From: Synergistales bacterium
GTDB taxonomy: Bacteria; Synergistota; Synergistia; Synergistales; JAFGMB01
Direction of reading: 5' to 3'
Assembly (NCBI GenBank): GCA_963666205.1
Contig: OY762654.1
Location: 2,848,001-2,912,000, forward strand
DNA: 64,000 nt
Shown here: piece after piece, positions 21,007 through 30,839 of the stretch
Layout: each line of letters opens with the position of its first letter
Position numbering within the stretch: position 1 is the first letter of the stretch
Made by a program: the position numbers and the translations under genes
Notes under the pieces: generated by a model
Told to the model about the DNA's origin: nothing
Seen by the model: the letters and a program-made list of their open reading frames with translations, nothing else
Databases searched by the model: none

Positions 21007-21800
21007 AAGGACAAAGAACAGAACGTCTTATCCAGACTGCTGCAAGATTTCTCAGTGCTCCTTCCAGGCAACTTTCTTTAACTCAACTTGCGGAAAACTT
21101 TAGTGTTTCGAAGACTGTGATAAGTGATGATGTTTCCATTATCGACAAAGCTCTTGTTCATGAAGGACTTGGCGGTATTCATGTTGACAGGGGGCGAACA
21201 GGAGGAGCATCCTTTACACCTTCTGTCTCAGATGAATATAGGAAAAGTCTGCTTCAGGACATCGTTTCCCAACTTTCGTCTCATGAAAGAGTTCTCCCGG
21301 GAGGATTGATCTATTATAGTGACATCCTCTTTAATCCAGCCTATGCAATGCCCCTGGGCCTGACGATGGCTTCAATGTTCAGAGATACTAAACCGGACAT
21401 AGTTCTTACGACTGAAGTAAAGGGTATACCCATTGCAATTTTCACAGCCCATGCTCTTGGAGTTCCTCTGGCCGTCTGCCGGTTCAGGAACAGGCCGAGT
21501 GATGGGTCTGCAGTTTCAGTCCATTATCCAACCAAAAATGGAGATGTCCGGGCTATGTATCTTGGAACCAAAAAACTAACCAGAGGGAACAGGGTCCTGA
21601 TTATTGATGATTTCATGCGTGGCGGGAGTACTGCTTCAGGAATGCTTCTTGTGGCAAAGGAATTTATGGCAGAAATTGCAGGAATAGGGTTCTTTATGAC
21701 TTCATCAGAGCCTGAAATCAAGGCTATATCAAGATATAAGTCTCTGTTAACCCTTCACGGAGTCAATCAGGAGAATCCTAAAGTTGAGGTTTCTCTCTGA
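21003..21800 (+). CDS. purR: Bacillus-type pur operon repressor (wHTH plus PRT domain)
   Basis: N-terminal RTERL...SKTVISDD, RVLPGGLIYYSD, VLIIDDFMRGGST PRPP-binding motif. Confidence 0.9.
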   Translation: MKGQRTERLIQTAARFLSAPSRQLSLTQLAENFSVSKTVISDDVSIIDKALVHEGLGGIHVDRGRTGGASFTPSVSDEYRKSLLQDIVSQLSSHERVLPGGLIYYSDILFNPAYAMPLGLTMASMFRDTKPDIVLTTEVKGIPIAIFTAHALGVPLAVCRFRNRPSDGSAVSVHYPTKNGDVRAMYLGTKKLTRGNRVLIIDDFMRGGSTASGMLLVAKEFMAEIAGIGFFMTSSEPEIKAISRYKSLLTLHGVNQENPKVEVSL

Positions 21801-21816
21801 TATGTATACATTAAGT

Positions 21817-21845
21817 TTGACTCTGGCCCGTTCCTGATATAAAAT
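21817..21845 (+). promoter_or_regulatory. Sigma70 promoter of the ferredoxin gene
   Basis: TTGACT-N17-TAAAAT. Confidence 0.65.
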
Positions 21846-21872
21846 CCTCCCGTAAAGGAGGTGGCCGTTCTC

Positions 21873-22058
21873 GTGCGAGTTACCCTGGATGAAAATGAAT
21901 GTATAGGTTGCGGAGTATGTGCCCAGATATGTCCGGAAGTGTTCCTCCTTGATGAAGATGCTGGCGTATCCAAGGTCATAAGACCCGAAGGTTCTGATTG
22001 CGTGAAAGAAGCTGCAGATAGTTGTCCTGTTTCCTGTATCTATGTTACAGAGGACTAG
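21873..22058 (+). CDS. fdx: Monocluster [4Fe-4S] ferredoxin
   Basis: CIGCGVCAQICP...DCVKEAADSCPVSCI, resembling Thermotoga-type single-cluster ferredoxins; GTG 21873 after AAGGAGGT. Confidence 0.92.
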   Translation: MRVTLDENECIGCGVCAQICPEVFLLDEDAGVSKVIRPEGSDCVKEAADSCPVSCIYVTED

Positions 22059-22118
22059 TGGCGGAACAATTTAAACTTTCTGGAAAAGGGCGGGGGGAAA
22101 ATTTTTTTATTTTAAGGC

Positions 22119-22148
22119 TTGCATTTTCCCCATGAAGGAGCTTATAAT
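22119..22148 (+). promoter_or_regulatory. tRNA promoter
   Basis: TTGCAT-N18-TATAAT with an A/T-rich UP-like tract upstream. Confidence 0.65.
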
Positions 22149-22160
22149 TAGCTTCGCTTT

Positions 22161-22237
22161 GGGCCTATAGCTCAAGTGGCTAGAGCCACCGGCTCATAAC
22201 CGGAAGGTTCCTGGTTCGAGTCCAGGTAGGCCCACCA
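22161..22237 (+). tRNA. tRNA with CAU anticodon, most likely tRNA-Ile2 (lysidine-modified)
   Basis: Cloverleaf: GGGCCTA/TAGGCCC acceptor stem, CCGG-CTCATAA-CCGG anticodon arm, TTCGAGT T-loop, encoded CCA. It lacks initiator features (1-72 mismatch, GGG/CCC anticodon stem) and resembles Bacillus Ile2. Confidence 0.93.
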
Positions 22238-22247
22238 AAGCCAGAAC

Positions 22248-22279
22248 AGCCGCTTCCTGTATTGGAAGCGGTTTTTTTT
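22248..22279 (+). terminator. Intrinsic terminator after the tRNA
   Basis: CCGCTTCC-TGTATT-GGAAGCGG followed by T8. Confidence 0.9.
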
Positions 22280-22407
22280 ATATTCCGTGTGCTAGTGAAT
22301 GTGTAGTTTTATCGGTTCCTTTTTCCATCGGTTAGCATTTTCTTATATAAAGTATAATAAACTCATAAAGGGAAATTGTTATATCCTGTAACTGAAAGGA
22401 ATAATCC

Positions 22408-23187
22408 ATGAATATTAGAGCCTTTCTGGATTCGATCAAAGACTTTGCTGATCTTGAGTGGGCCGAGGAATGGGATAATTCAGGTATTATGGTTGGTTCT
22501 CTTTCCTGGGAAGTCTCCAAAATCGGTGTTGCGCTGGATGCCCTCGAGGATACCATGGTAGAAGCAGTCAGGAATAGTTGTGATCTTTTGGTTGTCCATC
22601 ACCCTCTGATCTTTTCTCCATTAATGAAGATAGACATGTCTGATCTTTCTTCAAGACTGGTTTATTACGCTATCGAAAAAAAGCTTGGAGTGATAAGCCT
22701 CCATACCAATTGGGATGTTTCACCAAAAGGGGTCAATGTATGTCTTGCTGAATCCATTTCCATTTCCAGGATGTCTCCCCTGATCCCGAATTCAGACTCT
22801 TCGTGGGGAATGGGGATCTCTGGTTGTCTGGAACCCTATTTACCTATGGACAGTTTTGCAGTGAGAGTTAAAAAAAGATGGAATCTTTCCTGGCTCAGGG
22901 TTTACGGATCTACCAATGAACCTGTCAGGAACGTAGCCCTTTGCGGGGGATCTGGTGGAGAACTCTGGAAAAAGGCTTTTGAAAAGGGTGCTGATACGTA
23001 TATTACAGCTGATATGAAATATCATCAGATCCTTGAAGCATGTTCCATGGGTATGAGGGTCATGTTAGTAGACCACGGCGAAATGGAGAAAGTATCCATC
23101 CCTGCTCTTGCAGATCTCATTTCAGAAAATACGGGTTTTCCCGTGAAACTACTTGATTCTGCTGGTCCAGAATGCAGAATTATCTGA
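22408..23187 (+). CDS. Nif3-like dinuclear metal protein (YbgI/YqfO)
   Basis: EWDNSG, VHHPLIF, HTNWD, GGSG, ITADMKYH, DHGEME motifs. Confidence 0.92.
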   Translation: MNIRAFLDSIKDFADLEWAEEWDNSGIMVGSLSWEVSKIGVALDALEDTMVEAVRNSCDLLVVHHPLIFSPLMKIDMSDLSSRLVYYAIEKKLGVISLHTNWDVSPKGVNVCLAESISISRMSPLIPNSDSSWGMGISGCLEPYLPMDSFAVRVKKRWNLSWLRVYGSTNEPVRNVALCGGSGGELWKKAFEKGADTYITADMKYHQILEACSMGMRVMLVDHGEMEKVSIPALADLISENTGFPVKLLDSAGPECRII

Positions 23188-23274
23188 TTAATTATCTTTA
23201 AGGTATTTACATATACGAATCCTGATTGTCTAATCGTAGTTTTTACCATCAATCTTTTTATGGGGTGATTTTTA

Positions 23275-24270
23275 ATGAAAAAAAGAGTTTTCAGCGGAAT
23301 GCGTCCTACAGGTAAACTTCATCTCGGCCATCTGGCAGGTGCTCTTACTAACTGGATCAAACTTCAGGATGACTATGAATGCGTCTATGGAATAGTTGAT
23401 TGGCATGCCCTGATGTCTGATTATGCAGATAGTAGCAAGATAAGGGGAAATTGCAGGGAGGTCCTGCTTGACTGGCTTTCTTCCGGTCTGGATCCTGATA
23501 AGAGTATAATATGTGTTCAATCCCATGTGCCTCAGCATGCTGAACTTCATCTGGCGCTTTCGATGATCACTCCCCTTGGATGGCTTCAGCGATGTCCTAC
23601 ATATAAGGAACAGATAATCAATATACAAAACAAGGATCTGAGTAATTATGCCTTTCTTGGTTATCCGGTACTTATGGCTGCAGACATTCTTCTGTATAAA
23701 TCACATTTGGTACCGGTAGGAGAGGATCAGTCGGCACACCTTGAAATCTCAAGAGAGATAGTCCGGAGATTTAATAATTTTTACGGAGAAATCCTTGTAG
23801 AGCCACAGATATTACTTACCCCCACTCCCAAAGTACCAGGAACAGACGGTAGGAAAATGAGCAAGTCCTACGGAAATGCAATAGATATTTCAGATTCTCC
23901 TGAAGCTATGTGGGAAAAACTAAGAACCATGATGACGGATCCGGCAAGGGAAAAAAGGAAAGATCCGGGCACTCCAGAGAAATGCCCAGTCTGGGATATA
24001 CATAAGGTCTTTAATAATGATGAAGATCAGAAAGCTGAAATTCATGAAGGTTGCCTGAATGCTGGTATAGGCTGTGTAGAGTGCAAAAAAAGACTTAGAG
24101 AGCATGTCGAGAGAGTCATGGCTCCTATAAGGGAGAGAAGAGCATATTACGAGAAAGATGAAGACCTTCTTACTGATATTCTGATCGAAGGGGCCAGTAA
24201 AGCTAAAATAATTGCCCAGGAAACAATTGATCAGGTAGTGACGGCGATAGGATTTGTCCCAAGAGGCTAG
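23275..24270 (+). CDS. trpS: Tryptophanyl-tRNA synthetase
   Basis: SGMRPTGKLHLGH, YPVLMAADIL, VPVGEDQ, KMSKS. Confidence 0.97.
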   Translation: MKKRVFSGMRPTGKLHLGHLAGALTNWIKLQDDYECVYGIVDWHALMSDYADSSKIRGNCREVLLDWLSSGLDPDKSIICVQSHVPQHAELHLALSMITPLGWLQRCPTYKEQIINIQNKDLSNYAFLGYPVLMAADILLYKSHLVPVGEDQSAHLEISREIVRRFNNFYGEILVEPQILLTPTPKVPGTDGRKMSKSYGNAIDISDSPEAMWEKLRTMMTDPAREKRKDPGTPEKCPVWDIHKVFNNDEDQKAEIHEGCLNAGIGCVECKKRLREHVERVMAPIRERRAYYEKDEDLLTDILIEGASKAKIIAQETIDQVVTAIGFVPRG

Positions 24271-25051
24271 AACTGTCAGTACTATAAAACGTTTATCAGA
24301 GCTGGAGGTTTCTGTTGAGGGCTTTTCGGGTCCTCTGGATCTTCTGTGCTGTCTTGTGGAAAATAGAGAAGTCGAGATATCTTTAATCAAGATCAGTGAG
24401 ATCGTAGGCATTTATGGGGCCTTTCTTTCAGGTTCTGGAAGGGCTCCTCTGAATGTGATCGCAGACTTTATTTCCGCAACAGCAGGGCTTATCCTTGAAA
24501 AGGTTCTGTCTCTACTTCCTGGATATTTTCAGGAATCTCCAGAAAAACAGACAGAAAGGGAAATATCAGAGGAAGAACTTCGTGTGATCCTGGAAAGATA
24601 TCTTCCCTATCGTAATGCTGCCAGGCATCTACTTGTTTTGAAATCGGAACGGGATCTGCTTTTTTCCCCAGAGCATGAAGAAGAAAGCCCTCTTTATACT
24701 CTGGGGGATCTTTTCAGCTTATCTTCACTCTGGTGGGAACTTCTTGAAAAAAAGGTAGTAAAGTCCAAGATAAATACAGGTAAAAGATCTCTTCATCTTG
24801 AAGGAATGCCAGTACCCGTTCCGGATGAAAAACAGGTTGAAACCAGAATATCGGAATTGATGGTTCTGATGGAACGTGTAAAAGATGTTAACTTGCGTAG
24901 AGTTATGGGTTCTCAATCCGATATTCCCAGATTTGTGGTCACCCTTCTGGCTCTCCTGGAGTTATCCAGATTAGGCAAGATATCACTACAACAGGAGGAA
25001 ATGTTTGGAGATGTCAGGATCATCTGCTGTGAAAAACTTGACAGAAATTGA
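24254..25051 (+). CDS. scpA: Segregation and condensation protein A
   Basis: FSGPLDLL at the N-terminus, FVVTLLALLELSR...QEEMFGDV at the C-terminus. Confidence 0.9.
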   Translation: MSQEARTVSTIKRLSELEVSVEGFSGPLDLLCCLVENREVEISLIKISEIVGIYGAFLSGSGRAPLNVIADFISATAGLILEKVLSLLPGYFQESPEKQTEREISEEELRVILERYLPYRNAARHLLVLKSERDLLFSPEHEEESPLYTLGDLFSLSSLWWELLEKKVVKSKINTGKRSLHLEGMPVPVPDEKQVETRISELMVLMERVKDVNLRRVMGSQSDIPRFVVTLLALLELSRLGKISLQQEEMFGDVRIICCEKLDRN

Positions 25052-25586
25052 AATGAAGATAGAGGCTATCCTTTTTGTTGCTTCTCAACCTGTGACGATT
25101 AAAGAGTTTAATGAAGTTCTTTCCTCGAAAAACAGGGAAATCGTACAGGCTCTGCAGAACCTTCAGGTTCATTATGATAGTGGACATGGTTTGTCTTTAA
25201 AAAAGATCAGTGGTGGATGGAAGCTCTTTACAGATCCCTCTCTTAATGAGATTTTATCAATATTCAGAGATACTTCAGAAAGACAGCATGTTCGCCTTTC
25301 AAAGGCTGCAATAGAGAGCCTGGCTGTTATTGCATATAATGAACCCGTTACACGCTCTGAAATCGAAGAGATAAGAGGAGTAAGGTGTGAGAGGGTCATA
25401 GAAACACTTCTTTCCCACGGATTGATAAGAATAGCTGGGAGAGGTAAAGGTACCGGTTCTCCTCTTTTGTACAGAACAACTCCAGATTTTCTTGATATCT
25501 TCGGGCTGGATTCCATTTCTGAACTTCCTACTCTTGACGAACTCAAAGATTTATCTGCAGAATTCTCTTTGACTGGAGTCGAGTGA
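25005..25586 (+). CDS. scpB: Segregation and condensation protein B
   Basis: IEAILF, LSKAAIESLAVIAYNEPVTRSEIEEIRGV, LYRTTPDFL...LP. Confidence 0.95.
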   Translation: MEMSGSSAVKNLTEIEMKIEAILFVASQPVTIKEFNEVLSSKNREIVQALQNLQVHYDSGHGLSLKKISGGWKLFTDPSLNEILSIFRDTSERQHVRLSKAAIESLAVIAYNEPVTRSEIEEIRGVRCERVIETLLSHGLIRIAGRGKGTGSPLLYRTTPDFLDIFGLDSISELPTLDELKDLSAEFSLTGVE

Positions 25587-26350
25587 GACTCATGCGGGTT
25601 TCGGATAGTAAGAATGGGAGATTAGAAGAGGATATAAGGTTGAATCGTTACCTGGCCATGTGCGGTCTGGGTTCCCGCAGAGAAGTGGAATCTCTTATTA
25701 TTGCCGGAAGAATAACAATCGATGGAGATCCGGTCATTGCCCTTTCTACCAGAGTCAAAACAGGTAGTGAAGTGATGCTTGACGGAAAAATAATCTTTCC
25801 GGAGTCCAATTTATACCTTTTAATGAATAAACCCCTGGGAGTAGTTTGTGCAGTAAAGGATAAATATTATATTACAATAACGGGAATACTTCCTGAGATA
25901 TACCAGAAGAAACATGTCTTTCCCGTAGGAAGACTTGACAGAATGACATCTGGTCTGATAATCCTTACAAACGATGGAGACTTTGCCCAGAAGGTAATTC
26001 ACCCAAGGGCCGGAATCGAAAAGATGTATGAGGTACTCCTGAGCAGAAAACTTTCTGATGAAGACCTTTCTAAATGGAGAAAAGGAGTCCGTATCGATAA
26101 CAAACACCTTGTACCGGTTTCAGTCATTCCTATTTCAAGAGAGCCTTATGGTCAATGGGTAAGGGTTACCCTTAGCGAAGGTGTTAAGAGAGAGATCCGG
26201 GTAATGGCCCAGCTCCTTGGATATTCAGTGAGTAAACTTTCCAGAAAAAGAATAGGGAAAATGGAATTAACGGACCTTCCCCCTGGTAGTGTGAAAGCAT
26301 TAACCAAGGAGAAGATATGGGAGATGATAACCAGGGGCGGTAAGATCTGA
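25583..26350 (+). CDS. rluB: Ribosomal pseudouridine synthase (RluB/RsuA family)
   Basis: S4 domain RLNRYLA...SRRE, NKP, VGRLDRMTSGLIILTNDG, EGVKREIR. Confidence 0.9.
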   Translation: MRLMRVSDSKNGRLEEDIRLNRYLAMCGLGSRREVESLIIAGRITIDGDPVIALSTRVKTGSEVMLDGKIIFPESNLYLLMNKPLGVVCAVKDKYYITITGILPEIYQKKHVFPVGRLDRMTSGLIILTNDGDFAQKVIHPRAGIEKMYEVLLSRKLSDEDLSKWRKGVRIDNKHLVPVSVIPISREPYGQWVRVTLSEGVKREIRVMAQLLGYSVSKLSRKRIGKMELTDLPPGSVKALTKEKIWEMITRGGKI

Positions 26351-26400
26351 GGAATGATTATTGAATCCTTGCATTAAAAAATCTTGTGGAGGCAGTATTA

Positions 26401-27075
26401 ATGATAGAGAGAATGATTATTGCAATTGATGGTCCATCCGGTTCTGGAAAAAGTACCATAGCAAAGCTTGTGGCGAAGAAACTAGGACTTCGCTACCTGG
26501 ACACAGGTGCAATATACAGGGCAGTAGCATTTATCCTTGATGAGTCGGGCATTGAACCAAAGGAAGGTCCTGACCTTGAAAATGAGCTAGACAGAATCAA
26601 CGTAAATCTGAAGGATGCTTCTGTCGTAGTGAATGGAAGGGATGTTTCAGATAAAATCCGAAATCCTCATATAAGTGCTATGGCTTCCCTTTTTTCCGCC
26701 CTGCCGGCAGTCAGGCAAAGGCTGCTTCATATCCAGCGGGCACAGGTTGATTCCGGAGGTATTGTTGCTGAGGGACGAGACATGGGTACTGTCGTTTTTC
26801 CGGAGGCCAGGGTCAAGATTTTTTTGACAGCCAATGAAGAGGTACGAGCTTATAGAAGATGGTTAGAACTGAATAGAAAAGGAATTAATGTAGAGAGATC
26901 TGAGATCCTTTCAAATATCCGTCTCAGAGATCAAAATGATTCCAGCAGGAGGATCGCTCCTCTGATCAAGGCAGATGATGCGGTTCTGATTGACACATCA
27001 GATCTTAGCATTGAAGATATAGTTGAAAGGATACTTGATCTAATTAAAGAGCGTGTGACATTGGACGATCGCTAG
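26401..27075 (+). CDS. cmk: Cytidylate kinase
   Basis: IAIDGPSGSGKST, LDTGAIYR, EGRDMGTVVFP, RDQNDSSR. Confidence 0.96.
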   Translation: MIERMIIAIDGPSGSGKSTIAKLVAKKLGLRYLDTGAIYRAVAFILDESGIEPKEGPDLENELDRINVNLKDASVVVNGRDVSDKIRNPHISAMASLFSALPAVRQRLLHIQRAQVDSGGIVAEGRDMGTVVFPEARVKIFLTANEEVRAYRRWLELNRKGINVERSEILSNIRLRDQNDSSRRIAPLIKADDAVLIDTSDLSIEDIVERILDLIKERVTLDDR

Positions 27076-27082
27076 AGAGAGG

Positions 27083-27736
27083 TTGATCGTGAAAAAGATT
27101 TTTTATGTCTTTACAAAAATGTTTTTTTTCATCTGTCTCAAGGTCTATAATCGTTTTAAGGTAATCGATATTACAAAGATTCCTCATAATGGCAGAGTAA
27201 TAGTTGTAGCCAATCATTGCAGTAATCTTGATCCTATAGCTGTTGGAGTAGCTTTCCCAGGCAGGCTTAGTTATCTTGCGAAGGCAGAGCTTTTTAAAAA
27301 CCCCATCCTTTCCTTCTTCATGAAAGCTATTGGAGCTATTCCTGTAAGCAAGGAAAGTAATCAGTCTGCAGGGGCTGCACTAAAAGCTTTCCTGGATATT
27401 CTGGAATCCGGATCAAGTGTTCTCCTTTTTCCTGAAGGAGCACGATCTTTTAACGGTAGGCTCCAGCCCCTCGAGGGTGGAGCTGCTCTAATAGCCCTGA
27501 AAAGCAAAGTCCCTGTCCTTCCGGTATATATTTCTGGAACACATGAGGCTATGCCAAGAGGGTCTTCCAAGATCAGACCAGTAACAATATCAGTTATTTT
27601 TGGTGATGTCATAGATCCTGAAGACGTATCTGAGGGGTTCTCTTCAAAGGAATCCAGAAAACTGATGATCCGCAAGATAGAAGAATCTCTTCTTTCACTG
27701 GAAAGCAAATATGGGAAGAAGCTTGATTCAGATTGA
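27083..27736 (+). CDS. plsC: 1-acyl-sn-glycerol-3-phosphate acyltransferase
   Basis: NHCSNLD (HxxxxD), LAKAELF, FPEGARS. Confidence 0.92.
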   Translation: MIVKKIFYVFTKMFFFICLKVYNRFKVIDITKIPHNGRVIVVANHCSNLDPIAVGVAFPGRLSYLAKAELFKNPILSFFMKAIGAIPVSKESNQSAGAALKAFLDILESGSSVLLFPEGARSFNGRLQPLEGGAALIALKSKVPVLPVYISGTHEAMPRGSSKIRPVTISVIFGDVIDPEDVSEGFSSKESRKLMIRKIEESLLSLESKYGKKLDSD

Positions 27737-28863
27737 AAATCTATAATAAAGCAGTCATTGTAGGGATTGAAACTCCTGATGATATTTTTGAGACTTCTGT
27801 GCTGCTTGAGGAGCTTAAACTTCTCCTTTCAAATCTGAACATATATGTTGTCGGTGAGGTAGTTCAAAAAAGGAGAGCCCAAGACCCGGCTTTTCTTATA
27901 GGAAAAGGCAAAAGTACAGAGGTGTCTCTTTTTTGTAAAACCCAAGGTGCAGATCTTCTTGTTACTGATGAAGAGCTGACCCCGATCCAAAAGTTGAACC
28001 TGAAGAAAGCTACAGGACTAGAGGTCTGGGATCGTCCCTATGTGATAATGAAAATCTTTGAAGCCAGGGCTCATACAGCAGAAGCCAAACTTCAGGTTGA
28101 GCTTGCCAGATGCAGGTATGAAATTCCCCACCTGAAGGGACTTGGATTGCAGATGTCAAGACCTGGTGGTGGAATAGGGACTAGAGGACCGGGTGAAACT
28201 GAGTTTGAAAGGCATAGGCGAAAGCTGGAGAGAAAAATAAAAAACATTTCAGCCAGTCTTGATGAAGTAAAAAAACGGAGGAGCCTCCAGAGAAAGCGAA
28301 GAAAGAAAGCGGGTCTTGTCACTTTTTCTCTTGCCGGTTATACGAACAGTGGTAAATCAACACTTCTGAAGATTCTTTCTTCTGATAAGAGCATCATTGT
28401 AAAAGATCAGCTTTTCTGTACACTTGATACTTTTGTAAGACAAATCCTTCTCCCCAGCGGGAAGAAAGTATTGTTAGCAGATACGGTTGGCTTTATAAGG
28501 AAATTACCGCCGGATCTTGTGGCAGCATTCAGGACAACCCTTGAAGAGATTGTCCTTTCAGATGTTATCCTGATAGTACTTGATGGCAGTCTCGAAAAGG
28601 TTATGGAGCATTTTGCGGTAATTCAGGAAACGATTCATAATTTTGGAGCGTCCCGGATACCCCGGTTGATAATCTTAAATAAAATGGATCTGGTAACTGA
28701 AGAAGATAGAAACTTTTTACTTTCAAGGTTTATCCATATGGGTGAAAATGTGGTTGCAGTTAGTGCTTTAACCGGGTTAGGTCTTGATACGTTAAAAGAA
28801 AAACTGGAGAAGGAAACTATCCTTTCCAGGGATATGAAGAGGAGTGAAGGTTATGCTTCTTAG
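27733..28863 (+). CDS. hflX: Ribosome-splitting GTPase HflX
   Basis: EAKLQVELA, GTRGPGE, GYTNSGKST, LFCTLD, DTVGFI, NKMD. Confidence 0.96.
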   Translation: MKIYNKAVIVGIETPDDIFETSVLLEELKLLLSNLNIYVVGEVVQKRRAQDPAFLIGKGKSTEVSLFCKTQGADLLVTDEELTPIQKLNLKKATGLEVWDRPYVIMKIFEARAHTAEAKLQVELARCRYEIPHLKGLGLQMSRPGGGIGTRGPGETEFERHRRKLERKIKNISASLDEVKKRRSLQRKRRKKAGLVTFSLAGYTNSGKSTLLKILSSDKSIIVKDQLFCTLDTFVRQILLPSGKKVLLADTVGFIRKLPPDLVAAFRTTLEEIVLSDVILIVLDGSLEKVMEHFAVIQETIHNFGASRIPRLIILNKMDLVTEEDRNFLLSRFIHMGENVVAVSALTGLGLDTLKEKLEKETILSRDMKRSEGYAS

Positions 28864-29737
28864 CATGACGGGTTTCAGTAGAGTCTCCAGGGATTTTAAT
28901 TGGGGCAGAATTTCTGTGGAAATGTCCTCGATAAATCACAGATACCAGGAAATAACGCTACGACTTGCAAAAGAACTGAGCTCTTTTGAACCTCAGATAA
29001 ACCAACAGATAAGAAAATCTTTCAGAAGAGGCAAGATCAAACTCAGAGTTGATCTTGTTCTGGCGGCAAAAATATGTGCAGCCCAGATTAATAGCGAAAT
29101 TCTTGAACGCTATTATCGACAGCTTGATGAGTCCAGAGATCATTTGAAAATAATCGAAAATATTCGAATAGAGAGTCTACTGCAACTTCCAGGAGTTCTG
29201 GATTCCCCATCATTTACCAGCCTTATCGAAGAGGAGGGGGAGTCCTGCCTTTCTCAAGTGGTAGATGAAGCAATAACATCTCTTATTGAGATGAGACAAA
29301 ATGAAGGAGAACATCTCTTTGAGGATATTTCAATGAACCTTGCATCTTTTGAGAAAATAATTGATTCAATTGATTCTTATTGGGATAAGGGCAGAGAAGA
29401 ATCTTTATCAGCTTTTCAGCAACGTCTGGGTAAACTTATTACAGATCATGAAGGAGATCTGGATGTTGGCAGACTAGCCCAGGAAGTTGCTATCCTTGCA
29501 GATAAATGGGATATTTCTGAAGAACTCTCCAGATCCAGAAGTCATCTTTTAAAGTTCAGATCCACCCTTGCCATGGCAACTTCTGAAGGTAGGAAACTTG
29601 ACTTTCTGCTTCAGGAAATGAATCGTGAGATCAATACAATGGGTTCCAAAATATCTGATGCAAGTCTGAGATGGATGGTAGTCGAGGGTAAGACTTTTCT
29701 TGAAAGAATACGGGAACAAGTCCAGAATGTGGAGTGA
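28853..29737 (+). CDS. yicC: YicC/YloC family endoribonuclease
   Basis: [40 protein letters not shown]. Confidence 0.94.
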   Translation: MLLSMTGFSRVSRDFNWGRISVEMSSINHRYQEITLRLAKELSSFEPQINQQIRKSFRRGKIKLRVDLVLAAKICAAQINSEILERYYRQLDESRDHLKIIENIRIESLLQLPGVLDSPSFTSLIEEEGESCLSQVVDEAITSLIEMRQNEGEHLFEDISMNLASFEKIIDSIDSYWDKGREESLSAFQQRLGKLITDHEGDLDVGRLAQEVAILADKWDISEELSRSRSHLLKFRSTLAMATSEGRKLDFLLQEMNREINTMGSKISDASLRWMVVEGKTFLERIREQVQNVE

Positions 29738-29742
29738 TAAGA

Positions 29743-30006
29743 ATGCCGTATAAGCTAGTTCATATAGGTTTTGGCAATATGTTAGTGGCGGAACGTATTG
29801 TTGCAATTATTCATCCATCCTCTGCCCCTATAAAAAGGTTGAAAGAGGAGGCAAAAGAAGGAGCTCGTCTTATTGATGCTACCCAGGGAAGGAAGACAAG
29901 GGCCATTATAGTTACGGACAGCAATCATGTTGTGCTCTCTGCAATTCAACCTGAGACAATCGTCCATCGTTTTGAGAGTGAAAGTGAAGATGCATCACAG
30001 GATTAG
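29743..30006 (+). CDS. remA: RemA/DUF370 family regulatory protein
   Basis: [33 protein letters not shown]; sits between yloC and gmk as in Bacillus. Confidence 0.92.
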   Translation: MPYKLVHIGFGNMLVAERIVAIIHPSSAPIKRLKEEAKEGARLIDATQGRKTRAIIVTDSNHVVLSAIQPETIVHRFESESEDASQD

Positions 30007-30556
30007 TGGACATCTTTTTATAATTTCCGGACCAAGTGGTGCTGGCAAGGGTACTTTGAGAAAGCTTCTTTTTGAGAGAATACCTGATCTGATATTTTCT
30101 ATTTCCTGTACAACACGCTCTCCAAGAGAGGGTGAGCTTGACGGGGTTGACTATCATTTTATTGATGAAGTATCTTTCAGACGTATGATAGCAAGAGGTA
30201 AATTTCTTGAATGGGCTAAGGTGCATGATAATTATTATGGAACCTTAAGAGAAGATGTAGAAAGAGAATTATGTGCCGGCAAAAATGTTATCCTTGAAAT
30301 AGATGTCCAGGGTGCTCATCAGGTCAAGATGAATTGCCCTGGTGCAATCATGATATTCGTTGCTCCTCCATCTATTTCAGAACTGGAGAAAAGACTTAGG
30401 AAAAGAGGGACTGAAGAGGAAACAGTTCTTCAGGTCCGTCTTCAGAATGCCATTGCAGAAATGGATGATTCTTACTGTTTTGACCATCTGATAGTGAATG
30501 ACGAGGTTGCACGGGCAGTTAACGAACTGGAAAATGTCATACATAGTTATGAATAG
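29990..30556 (+). CDS. gmk: Guanylate kinase
   Basis: [33 protein letters not shown]. Confidence 0.96.
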   Translation: MHHRISGHLFIISGPSGAGKGTLRKLLFERIPDLIFSISCTTRSPREGELDGVDYHFIDEVSFRRMIARGKFLEWAKVHDNYYGTLREDVERELCAGKNVILEIDVQGAHQVKMNCPGAIMIFVAPPSISELEKRLRKRGTEEETVLQVRLQNAIAEMDDSYCFDHLIVNDEVARAVNELENVIHSYE

Positions 30557-30584
30557 AAGAATTCTGATACTGGAGGAATGAAAT

Positions 30585-30839
30585 TTGAAGTTTTATGATA
30601 TTGATAAACTTGCTGAAAAAAATGGTATTACAAACAAATATCTTCTGACATCCATGGTTTCAATAAGGGCGAGACAGATCAGCGAGTCCAAGTTAAGGTT
30701 GCTGGAAGAAGGGAAGGAAAAATATATTTCTCTTGCTCTGGAAGATCTGGATAAGGTAAAGATAATGATCCTCGATCCGGAGAAATCTTTCGAAGAAAGA
30801 GGATCAGGAGAGCAAACTGATGTTAAGTTGGAAGAATAA
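30585..30839 (+). CDS. rpoZ: RNA polymerase omega subunit
   Basis: NKYLL...RARQI motif; position between gmk and coaBC. Confidence 0.85.
   Translation: MKFYDIDKLAEKNGITNKYLLTSMVSIRARQISESKLRLLEEGKEKYISLALEDLDKVKIMILDPEKSFEERGSGEQTDVKLEE

Noticed and set aside
21846-21861. CCTCC/GGAGG hairpin that could hide the ferredoxin SD
   Set aside because: CCTCC lies between the -10 box and the predicted TSS, so it would not be in the main transcript.
22161-22237. Calling the CAU tRNA initiator tRNA-fMet
   Set aside because: It has a paired G1-C72 and lacks three consecutive G-C pairs in the anticodon stem. It fits Ile2 best, although elongator Met is not formally excluded.
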